From NCBI GenBank assembly GCA_963803435.1, contig CAWDML010000012.1, positions 32,001 through 96,000 on the forward strand: a DNA stretch of 64,000 nucleotides. The letters run 5' to 3'. Below the pieces are notes generated by a model. The model was not told the DNA's origin and did no database searches. It saw nothing but the letters and a program-made list of their open reading frames with translations. This DNA is from an uncultured delta proteobacterium (lineage in GTDB: Bacteria; Myxococcota; Kuafuiibacteriia; Kuafuiibacteriales; Kuafuiibacteriaceae). Every line of letters starts with the position of its first letter. Position 1 is the first letter of the stretch. Positions 43,272 through 51,480 of this stretch are shown here, in pieces. A program made the position numbers and the translations under genes.

Positions 43272-43625
43272 ATGAAACGAGCCACCTTCATTCCGCTCAC
43301 ACTCTCCCTGCTCTTCGCCGCAGCGCTCCCGGCCTGCGGTCGAGGGCCGATGACCGCGTCGCATCTGGCTGCGCTCGACACGGCGGGCATGATCCCGTTG
43401 ACCCAGGCGATCGCGGCCGCCGAGGAGGCGCTGGCGGGCGGCTACGTCGCCGGAGCGGCGCTCGACATGGAGGATCCCGATGACAACGAGAAGGAGCCGC
43501 TCCAGTACGAGGTGGTCGTTTACACCGCCGAAACAAATCAGGTCTGGCACGTCGGCGTGAACGCGACGACCGGCGAGATCATCGAGAAGGAGGTCGAGAG
43601 CGGACCGGGAGCGCAGGGCGAGTGA
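43272..43625 (+). CDS. PepSY-like lipoprotein
   Basis: Signal ...AALPAC; IPLTQAIAAA, YEVVV, VNATTGEII. Confidence 0.78.
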   Translation: MKRATFIPLTLSLLFAAALPACGRGPMTASHLAALDTAGMIPLTQAIAAAEEALAGGYVAGAALDMEDPDDNEKEPLQYEVVVYTAETNQVWHVGVNATTGEIIEKEVESGPGAQGE

Positions 43626-43643
43626 CGCTCGACTCCCCGCCCT

Positions 43644-43672
43644 TTGACGATCCTCGGGCTTGATCGGACAAT
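43644..43672 (+). promoter_or_regulatory. Sigma70-like promoter TTGACG-N17-GACAAT, probably leaderless
   Basis: -10 box ends 6 nt before the ATG at 43679. Confidence 0.5.
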
Positions 43673-43678
43673 CCCAGC

Positions 43679-44236
43679 ATGCGGCTCGGACTCGCCGGGC
43701 TGTGGTGGCTCGTGGTGTGCGGGTGCCACGGCGACCCGCCGCCCGGGCTCTGCCCGACCGATTTGGTGGACCCTTACTCCTGGACGCTCGTCGACGAGGT
43801 CGACGCGGACGCTGGCATCGCGGCGGACGGGGGCGAAGCCGACCGTGGCCCTTGTGGGCCGCAGGACCTCACGACGGAGCCGATCGACGTCGAGGGTAAG
43901 CAGTCCCTCAGCGTGGTGACCTATTCGTGCTCTCGAGCCACCGTCCAGCAGCCGCTCGGCGCGCCGCTGGCTGCGGGCGACATGCTCGAGGTTCGGATCG
44001 TTCACTTCAACCTCGAAGACTACCCGCTGACCGAGGGGCATCTCGATCTCGAGCTCGACGGGCGAAGCGTGTGGAACAAGACCGTGCCCATTCCGAGCGA
44101 CTACGCGTTGATCGACGAGTCGTTCTCACTCGGGTTCGCGGTCGACCAGGGCGCCCTGGTCCGCTGGAGCGTCGCCAACCACGGACCTAACTCCTGGAAC
44201 TTCGTCGATCTGCGCGTCCCCCGCCCGTGTCCCTGA
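43679..44236 (+). CDS. Lipoprotein of unknown function (paralog of 16641-17213)
   Basis: VCGC lipobox; WSVANHGPNSWNFVDL. Confidence 0.75.
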   Translation: MRLGLAGLWWLVVCGCHGDPPPGLCPTDLVDPYSWTLVDEVDADAGIAADGGEADRGPCGPQDLTTEPIDVEGKQSLSVVTYSCSRATVQQPLGAPLAAGDMLEVRIVHFNLEDYPLTEGHLDLELDGRSVWNKTVPIPSDYALIDESFSLGFAVDQGALVRWSVANHGPNSWNFVDLRVPRPCP

Positions 44237-44385
44237 GGCGCCGGCCGACCGGCCGACAGCGCGCGCGCCTCAACCGCGTTCGCAGCCGGTGAAGCCGGGT
44301 CGATCGGCTGCCACGGCCTGCGCGCCAGCGGTCGGTCGGGAGTCAACCGTCCTTTGTCAGCCTCAAGAGAGTAGAGTCGGCGGGC

Positions 44386-46257
44386 TTGGATCCCGCCTTC
44401 GAAAAGCTGCTCCGCCTGGTCGATCTCGAGGCCCGGGCTCAATCGGAGCGGACCCGGGCCGAGCTGTCGCGCCTGACGCGTGCGGAGGCGGAGAAGAGCG
44501 GCCGCTCGCTGCTCGATCTGGTGATCGCCGACGAGCGCGCGGCGCTGGGTGGCCGCGTGCTTCTCGAGCTCAAGAAGCGGACCGAGGGCGCGGAGCTCCC
44601 GTGGACGCGGATCGGCGCAGGCGCGCCGGTGCTGGTGTCGAGCGACCAGCTGGCGGAGCCGCTCCGAGGCGTGGTCGCCAGTCGGGACCGCCGTGCCATT
44701 CGGGTGGCGCTGGCCGGCCTGCCCGACGAGGGCTTCGAGGGGCCGCTCCGCGTCGACCTGTCGCGCGACGAGATCACGACGGCACGTGAGAAGCGAGCGC
44801 TCGAACGGGCGGGGAGCAGCGAGAAGGGACGCGTTCGCGAGCTGGTGGAGCTCTTCGCGGGGACGCGGGCTCCCGAGCTCGCGAACGATCCGGTGACCGG
44901 AATCGATCCCACGCTCGACGAGACGCAGCGAGCGGCGGTCGTCTTCGCGCTCTCGTCCGAGGACGTGGCGCTGATCCACGGGCCGCCCGGGACGGGGAAG
45001 ACGCGGACCGTCGTCGAGGTGATCCGCGGCGCGGTGGCGCGCGGCGAGAAGATTCTGGCCTGCGCGCCGAGCAACACCGCGGTCGACAATCTGGTGGAGC
45101 GGCTCGCTGCGGCCGGCGTGTTCGTCGTGCGCCTGGGCCATCCGGCCCGCGTCCAGGCTTCACTGGTGGAGCACACGCTCGACCTCCTGGTGGAGCGTCA
45201 CGAGGACGTCCGCCGCGCGCGCAAGCTGGTCAAGGAGGCGTGGGCGCTGTTGAAGCGCGCCGATCGATGGACGCGCGCCAGGCCGGCCCCCGGTGAGAAG
45301 AAGGAGCTGCGGAGCGAAGCGCGCCGCTTGATGGCAGACGCGCGAAGGCTGGAGGAGGCGGCCGCCGCGAGGATCCTGGAGCGTGCCGAGGTCCTGTGCG
45401 CGACCACCAGCGTCGACGCCGAGGTCCTGCGCGGACGCCGCTTCGATCGCGTGGTGATCGACGAGGCCTGCCAATGCACCGAACCGAGCGCCTGGATCCC
45501 GATCCTCTCGGGAGAGCGCGTGGTGCTGGCGGGCGATCACAAGCAACTCCCGCCCACGATCATCTCGCCGGAGGCCGCGGCCGAGGGGCTGGCAAAGAGC
45601 CTCTTCGAGCGGATCATCGAGGTTCACGGCGACGCGGTCAGCCGGCAGCTCTCGGTGCAATACCGGATGCATCGCACCATCATGCAGCTCTCGAACGAGG
45701 AGATGTACGCGGGGACCCTGATCGCGGACGCGAGCGTGGCCGAGCACCGGCTGGCGGATCTGGACGGTGTCCGCGAGAGCCCGCTCACCGAGACGCCGGT
45801 GACCTACTTCGACACCGCCGGCGCCGGCTGGGAGGAAGAGGTGGAGCCCGACGGCGAGAGCCGGCTGAATCGCGAGGAGGCGGCGCTGATCGCCCAGCTG
45901 GTGGAGGAGCTCCGCGAGGCGGGCCTGGCGCCCTCGGACGTCGGCGTGATCACTCCGTACGCGGCGCAGGTTCGCTTGCTCTCGGAGCTCGTCGAGCCGG
46001 AGATCGAGGTCGACACGGTCGACGGCTTCCAGGGACGCGAGAAGGAGGCGATCCTGATCTCGCTGGTCCGCTCGAACTCAGACGGCGAGATCGGGTTCCT
46101 TTCGGATCTACGACGGATGAACGTCGCGCTGACGCGCGCGCGGAGAAAGCTCATCGTGGTGGGCGACAGCAGCACGATCGCGGGGACCCCGTTCTACGCC
46201 CGCATGGTCGAGTGGTTCGAGGCCTGCGGGGGCTACCGCACCGTCTGGGAGCTCTAG
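44386..46257 (+). CDS. SF1B helicase, IGHMBP2/Upf1/DNA2-NAM7 family
   Basis: IHGPPGTGKT, APSNTAVDN, IDEACQ, GDHKQLPP, QYRM, TVDGFQGREKE, NVALTRAR. Confidence 0.92.
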   Translation: MDPAFEKLLRLVDLEARAQSERTRAELSRLTRAEAEKSGRSLLDLVIADERAALGGRVLLELKKRTEGAELPWTRIGAGAPVLVSSDQLAEPLRGVVASRDRRAIRVALAGLPDEGFEGPLRVDLSRDEITTAREKRALERAGSSEKGRVRELVELFAGTRAPELANDPVTGIDPTLDETQRAAVVFALSSEDVALIHGPPGTGKTRTVVEVIRGAVARGEKILACAPSNTAVDNLVERLAAAGVFVVRLGHPARVQASLVEHTLDLLVERHEDVRRARKLVKEAWALLKRADRWTRARPAPGEKKELRSEARRLMADARRLEEAAAARILERAEVLCATTSVDAEVLRGRRFDRVVIDEACQCTEPSAWIPILSGERVVLAGDHKQLPPTIISPEAAAEGLAKSLFERIIEVHGDAVSRQLSVQYRMHRTIMQLSNEEMYAGTLIADASVAEHRLADLDGVRESPLTETPVTYFDTAGAGWEEEVEPDGESRLNREEAALIAQLVEELREAGLAPSDVGVITPYAAQVRLLSELVEPEIEVDTVDGFQGREKEAILISLVRSNSDGEIGFLSDLRRMNVALTRARRKLIVVGDSSTIAGTPFYARMVEWFEACGGYRTVWEL

Positions 46258-46372
46258 CGAGACGCTCCAGGTGGACCGAGAGTCCAAAGTCGGCCTCAGG
46301 TCTCTAAGCGAGGCTGCGCCTCAAACGCTGGCGATCGGCTCCAGGACCGAGTCCGACAGGTAGCCGAGCTCG

Positions 46373-46491
46373 CTGCTCGTACAGGTTCTGGGAGTCATCG
46401 CCGAGTACGAACGTGCGAAGATCATGGAGCGCTGTCGACGAGGGAAGCTGCATCGTGCACGGACCGGGCTCGTGAATCCGCTCTCCGGGGC
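46373..46491 (+). pseudogene. Large serine recombinase remnant
   Basis: LLVQVLGVIAEYERAKIMERCRRGKLHRARTGLVNPLSGA resembles helix E of serine recombinases; no start codon or continuation. Confidence 0.75.
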
Positions 46492-46583
46492 TCACCTGCG
46501 TGACGGGCCCCTGAGCGCCGGGGTGCTCGCGGTAAACGAGGAGCGACGCTTCTCCCGCACGATCGCCGCCGCGGTGCGGTGAG

Positions 46584-48125
46584 CTACACCCGCGAGAAGA
46601 CGCTCAGGAGGGCCGCCTCGTCCTCGCGGAGATCGGCGGCGATCCCGGCGTCGGCCGGGGACATGCCCATCGCGAGGAGCGTGATGCCGAGGCAGAGCTT
46701 GTGCGGCAGATCCGAGCCGCCGTCGTACTGCGCCGGGAGAAGGCCCGGGAGCTCACCTGTCTGTCGCTGAGCGGCGGTGCGGAGGTCGGGGATGCGGTAC
46801 CAGCAGGCGCCGCCGCCGTCGACGCCGGAGTCGCCGTAGAAGCCGGGCACGAGCCGCTGCGTGCCGGAGAACATCACGAACGCGTTGACGCCGCCGTCGT
46901 CGTACTGCGCGTTGAGCACGCGGGAGAAGTCGCCGTCGATCAGCACGGTTGTGTCGGCGTAGAGGCTGCGCTTCTCGAGCTCGACGAGGAACTTGAACAC
47001 CCACCAGAGCTTGATCAGCATCGCCTCGTAGAGGTCGTCCACGTTGGAGACGGCGTGGAGCTCCGCGATCCGGTTGTGGGGATCGTCCTGAACGCCGCCG
47101 AGCTGGACGTTCTCGCAGGCGATCTCGCCCTCGATCGCCTGGATGATCCCGGCGAGGCCGCGCGCGATCGCCGCCGTCTCGGTGCCGAGGGCGCCCACCT
47201 CGATGGAGCCGATGTTGTAGGTGTTGGTTCCGCCCTGGGTCAGCGCGCCCACGCGATCGAGACGTCCCAGCTGGACGGCCAGCGGCTGCATGTCGATCGG
47301 GAGCGGGTTCTGGTTTTGATACGCCACGCCGGCGTCGACCTGGAGGCGTGCGAGGACCGCCGGGTCCGGGAGGAACAACCTCGCGCTCTCGCGCGTCGCG
47401 ACCAGCTGCGTCGAGAGCGTCCGCGCGTACGGGGCCACCCGCTCGTCGGGGTTCAGCGATTGGAGGAGATCGGAGAGCCGGCCGATCTGTCCCGTGTCGA
47501 AGCCGGGCGCCTGGGAGACGGGCTCGAACAGCCGGGCCATGTCGTTGCCGCTCACCGCCAGGAACGCGCGGGGGCCGGTCCCGAACAGCGGAGCGCCGGC
47601 CATGTTGATCATGGGGAACTCGGTCGTGAACCGCTGGTGGCGCGCGACCTCGCTCGAGATGTCGGTGGTCCGGCCCGCGAGTGAGAGCTGGAAGCTGGGC
47701 GCGTAGGTCTGATGGATCGGCGCGCCGGTGCCGCAGCCGAGGAACGCGACGCAGCCGTCCAGCACGCGCTCGAAGGCGCCCCAATCGCCGGACTCGTCGA
47801 ACGCCTCCAGGATGGGGCGCGGGATCACGAACCGTCCGCCCGACACCGTGACGACCTCGTCGAGCGGCAGGTTAGGCGACCAGAGCGCGAGGCTGCCCTT
47901 GTTGGCGGCGTCGAGGTAGCTCGGCGGACAGATCGACGTGAACATCCAACCGAGGCCGCCGTTGCTGAAGTTGAGGTGGATGAAGCGGCGCCCCATGGGG
48001 AGGCCGTCGGCGGTCTGGGCGGAGAGCCGTCGGATCAGGCCGTCCGCGGAGACGGAGGAGATCACGCCCGCGGCGGTCGCCTGTCCGATCAGCTTCAGAA
48101 ACCTTCTGCGATCGACCGGGTTCAT
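46584..48125 (-). CDS. Tat-exported DUF1501/DUF1552-like protein
   Basis: MNPVDRRRFLK twin-arginine signal; FIHLNFSNGG, DPH, DTTVLIDGDFSR. Confidence 0.7.
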   Translation of the reverse strand: MNPVDRRRFLKLIGQATAAGVISSVSADGLIRRLSAQTADGLPMGRRFIHLNFSNGGLGWMFTSICPPSYLDAANKGSLALWSPNLPLDEVVTVSGGRFVIPRPILEAFDESGDWGAFERVLDGCVAFLGCGTGAPIHQTYAPSFQLSLAGRTTDISSEVARHQRFTTEFPMINMAGAPLFGTGPRAFLAVSGNDMARLFEPVSQAPGFDTGQIGRLSDLLQSLNPDERVAPYARTLSTQLVATRESARLFLPDPAVLARLQVDAGVAYQNQNPLPIDMQPLAVQLGRLDRVGALTQGGTNTYNIGSIEVGALGTETAAIARGLAGIIQAIEGEIACENVQLGGVQDDPHNRIAELHAVSNVDDLYEAMLIKLWWVFKFLVELEKRSLYADTTVLIDGDFSRVLNAQYDDGGVNAFVMFSGTQRLVPGFYGDSGVDGGGACWYRIPDLRTAAQRQTGELPGLLPAQYDGGSDLPHKLCLGITLLAMGMSPADAGIAADLREDEAALLSVFSRV

Positions 48126-48127
48126 GC

Positions 48128-48886
48128 TCACTCCACCAGCGCGCTCGTCGAGCACATCAAGGCCGACAGCGCCGTCGCGAAGGTGGCGCCCTGCCCCAGC
48201 GCGCCGTTGACCGCCTCGAGCTCGGGCGCGTCGAGCCGGCGCCCGTACGCCAGCAGCCCGAGCTCCGGCTTGAACGCGGTGATCTGGTTGCCGCTCCGCT
48301 CGACCAGACGATCCACCAGCGCCGCGCGGTCCGCCGGGACGCCGGCGGCGATCGACTGCGCCAGCCGCGACGCGAGATACGTCGAGATCCGGCAGGCCTG
48401 CTTCACCGCTCCGGCCGTCAGATGGAACGAGTGCTGCCCGCGAAACGCGGCGATCGTGGTGGCCTCCACACCGAAGTCGTCCATCGGCTCTCCCAGCACG
48501 TCGTGGAAGGTCACGTACTGGGAGGCGCCGCTCGCGTCGGCCAGCGGCTCGAGGACGCGATCGGGATGTCCGTAGCCGATCCCGAGCTGTTCGGCCGGGA
48601 CGTGCGCGTAGCTGCCGGGGTTGGACTCGGCCACCCCGAACACGCGGTAGATCTGCATCCACTTCGCCAGGTACCCGTACCAGGAGATGCGGCGGGCCGA
48701 GACCAGCGCCTCGCACCCGTACTGGCCGTTCGGGGACTCGGGGCAAGGATCGGCGGTGAGCGCCTGCCCACCCGGACCGATCAGCCCCCCGTGAGCTTCG
48801 GCGAACACCGGGTCGGCGAACGGATCGGGCGCCTCGCGCTTGCACCCGAGGCAGACGAGAAACGCGATGACGAGGAGGCGCTTCAC
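48128..48886 (-). CDS. Lipoprotein of unknown function
   Basis: MKRLLVIAFLVCLGC; middle gene of a tightly spaced operon. Confidence 0.7.
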   Translation of the reverse strand: MKRLLVIAFLVCLGCKREAPDPFADPVFAEAHGGLIGPGGQALTADPCPESPNGQYGCEALVSARRISWYGYLAKWMQIYRVFGVAESNPGSYAHVPAEQLGIGYGHPDRVLEPLADASGASQYVTFHDVLGEPMDDFGVEATTIAAFRGQHSFHLTAGAVKQACRISTYLASRLAQSIAAGVPADRAALVDRLVERSGNQITAFKPELGLLAYGRRLDAPELEAVNGALGQGATFATALSALMCSTSALVE

Positions 48887-48894
48887 TTCGTCTC

Positions 48895-50595
48895 CTAGCG
48901 GTGCGTGAAGTCGCGGTTCTTGAACGCGATCTTCAGCATGCGGAGGACGGTCATGTCCTCCGTGGTTCCATAGGCGGCTTCGTAGGCGGCGAGCAGCTCG
49001 TCGACCTTGTAGGCAGGCACCACGTGCTCGGGGCTGGCGGCGTTCCCGCGCCCCATCGCGAAGTTGTAGACCTGGGCAGCGGTGCAGCGGATGAAGTCGG
49101 GATCGTCGATGAACGCCTCGGTCCAGGCCTCGAACGAGTCGAGCACCCGATCCTTGTAGTAGTACTTCGTCGGATCGACCTCCGCGGTCACGATGTCGCC
49201 GGGGCCGCTGACGCGCTCGTTCGTCGGCCGCACCGCAACGTACTGATCGCGGAGAACGCCGCTGCCGTCGTCGAAGCGCCAGAACGCCAGCGCCATCAGG
49301 TTGAGGTTGGAGTTCGCGTGGCACGAGGCGCAGTACGGACGCGTATCGGTCTTGTTCCAGGGCGACACCACGCGGGCGCGGGAGGCGGCGTCATCGGCGC
49401 CGTTCACCAGCGAGTTGGTGAAGAGGGGGAAGTCGTGGCAGTGGAAGCTCTTGAAGAGCGAGCGGACCGTGTGGAACTTGTAGTGGCCGTACTGGACGCG
49501 CTGGAAGGCCCGGCTGCCGATGATCCCGCCCGGGACGGCCGGGCCGCTCGGATTGGCCTCGTCGACGCCGGCGTTTTGCCGGCAGACCTGGCGGGTCATG
49601 ATCGGGACGTCGTAGCCCGAGAAGGGGACGTGCAAGCAGGCCTTGGTCTCCCCGCCGGCGAACGTGGTGCGGAACGCGTCCTTGATCGGTCGGTCGTCGA
49701 GGATGTTCTGGAGCAGGGCGTCGACCGCGCCGTAGTTGTCCTGGTTGGCGACGGTCGGGTTGTCGCGCGCCGACAGCACGCCCTGAAACCCGACCCACTG
49801 GAGGGCCAGCCGCGAGAGCGCCGCCGGGTAGACGTAGAAGAAGCCGCGGTTGGCGCTGCGATCGAAGTCGAGCTCGGTGAGCGAGAGCTGCGCGGCGCCG
49901 GGGAGGACGTCGTCGTTGAAGAAGACGCTCTCGCGGACGCCCGGCCGGAGGGTTCCGAGAGCGCCGGGCGACTCGATCGGCGTGGCCTCGGGCGTCAGGT
50001 AGAGGTCGACGTCGCGCTCGTACAGCCTGCGCTGCGCCTCTTCGTCGCTCGCCTGATCGATCTCGAGCAGCTCTGCGAGATCGGCCGGAACCTGGGCGAC
50101 GCGCAGCGCCATCGAGTCGAGCGCGAGCGTGTAGCGCGCGGTCCGGCCCGCGAGCAGCGGTCCCACCTCCGGCAGCGGCGGCGGGGGGTCGTGGCCCTTC
50201 TCCAGCTCGATCCACGCGAGCAACCGATCGAGCTCCTCGTCGTCGAACTGCTGCACGCCGACCTCCGGCATGTGCAGGACAGCCTGCGAGTAGAGCTTGC
50301 TCGCCAGCGGGTCGTCCGGCGTGATGACCGTGAGGGCGGCGGCGTAGGCCGAGGCGAGATCATCCTGCGAGTGGGCGGGACGGCCCGGCCCCGCCCCGGA
50401 GTGGCAGGCCGCGCAGCGCTGCCGCCCGGACGGCACCGGGTTCAGCGACCGGCGCCAGACCTGATAAAAGGCGGCCAGGCGGGGATCGTCGATCGTGGGG
50501 TCGTCCGGGCTCGGTCCCCGGCCCAGCACGTGGTGCTCCTGACCGGAGGGCACGCACGCGGCGAGCAGGAGAGCCACTGGGAGCGCGCGCCGCAC
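48895..50595 (-). CDS. c-type heme-motif lipoprotein, DUF1585/1588-like
   Basis: Lipobox LAAC; CAACH and CASCH; C-terminal F.RC...YNFAMGR. Confidence 0.7.
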   Translation of the reverse strand: MRRALPVALLLAACVPSGQEHHVLGRGPSPDDPTIDDPRLAAFYQVWRRSLNPVPSGRQRCAACHSGAGPGRPAHSQDDLASAYAAALTVITPDDPLASKLYSQAVLHMPEVGVQQFDDEELDRLLAWIELEKGHDPPPPLPEVGPLLAGRTARYTLALDSMALRVAQVPADLAELLEIDQASDEEAQRRLYERDVDLYLTPEATPIESPGALGTLRPGVRESVFFNDDVLPGAAQLSLTELDFDRSANRGFFYVYPAALSRLALQWVGFQGVLSARDNPTVANQDNYGAVDALLQNILDDRPIKDAFRTTFAGGETKACLHVPFSGYDVPIMTRQVCRQNAGVDEANPSGPAVPGGIIGSRAFQRVQYGHYKFHTVRSLFKSFHCHDFPLFTNSLVNGADDAASRARVVSPWNKTDTRPYCASCHANSNLNLMALAFWRFDDGSGVLRDQYVAVRPTNERVSGPGDIVTAEVDPTKYYYKDRVLDSFEAWTEAFIDDPDFIRCTAAQVYNFAMGRGNAASPEHVVPAYKVDELLAAYEAAYGTTEDMTVLRMLKIAFKNRDFTHR

Positions 50596-50606
50596 CGTGC
50601 CGACGA

Positions 50607-50719
50607 CCGTAAGCGCTCCGTGCAGGCCTTACAATGCGCCGGCGCACCGACCGGCAGTCTTCGTCGCGTCCGTGAGCCGGAGCACGGCCCGCTCTGCCCG
50701 CCCGTAAACTTACGGTAAG
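50607..50719. promoter_or_regulatory. Clustered GTAA(G)/CTTAC palindromes in a divergent intergenic region (candidate operator)
   Basis: GTAAG-N14-CTTAC (50609-50632), CCGTAA-AC-TTACGG (50702-50715), CTTAC-G-GTAAG (50709-50719). Confidence 0.5.
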
Positions 50720-50753
50720 GCCTGTTCCGCACGCCACCCCGTAGCCTCGAGTC

Positions 50754-51356
50754 ATGGTCGAAGCGCTTCGGGGCACGACTCGCACGGATCCTACGCAGAG
50801 CGACGGACAGGGGATCTCGGTGGGCGTGCAGGGCACCGACGGAAAGCTGCGACAAGAGACCGTCACCCCCGACCAGCCCCTCGAGGTGAACGGGGTTCGA
50901 GTCTCCGTCGACGATCGGGGACAGGTGACGGTGCACGGAACGGATTGAGACGAATCGTATTCGATCACGGACGGCGCCGAGGTGGGCGTCCCGGGCAGCA
51001 CCGTCGTCGGCATCGAGGGCGACGGCGACCCGATCTACCTCTCCATCCCGAAGAGCCAGGCGAGCGGGGTCCGCGTCGAGGGCGCCGGAGGCAAGGACGA
51101 CTACTGGGCGCCGATCGACGACGCGTACGCACGCGTCTCGATCCAGGACACTCAGGGGAGCAACTGGATCACGAACATCGGGCGCAACGTGCGCGGCCAG
51201 GTCTCGGTCGCGGACAACGACGTCGCCGCGCTCCAGCACGACAAGGGCGGCCTCGATCTCGTCCCTGCAGGCCAGAGCGGCCCGAACCCGGCGCTGACCG
51301 CGACGGGGAGCTTCCTCGACGCCTTCAAGAGCTGGCTGGCGGGGTTGTTCAGCTAG
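50754..51356 (+). CDS. Beta-rich hypothetical protein split by an in-frame TGA at 50946-50948
   Basis: ORFs 50754-50948 and 50982-51356 share one frame with coding-like sequence between them. Confidence 0.65.
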
Positions 51357-51480
51357 CGTCGCTTCACTCCTTGCGGCCCCGAGCCCGCGGTTTCATCGAT
51401 GCATTCCGTATGCTGTGAGGGCACGGTTCGCGCGGGTGATCCGGGAGGTCGCGCTTCCATGTTTTTGGTAGCGTCCCCCC

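Noticed and set aside
24615-50948. TGA recoding (alternative genetic code or selenocysteine) to explain the two in-frame TGAs
   Set aside because: TGA ends clpX, pyrG, HU and other genes at the expected positions; no Cys-equivalent context; both cases are explained by GATC>GATT
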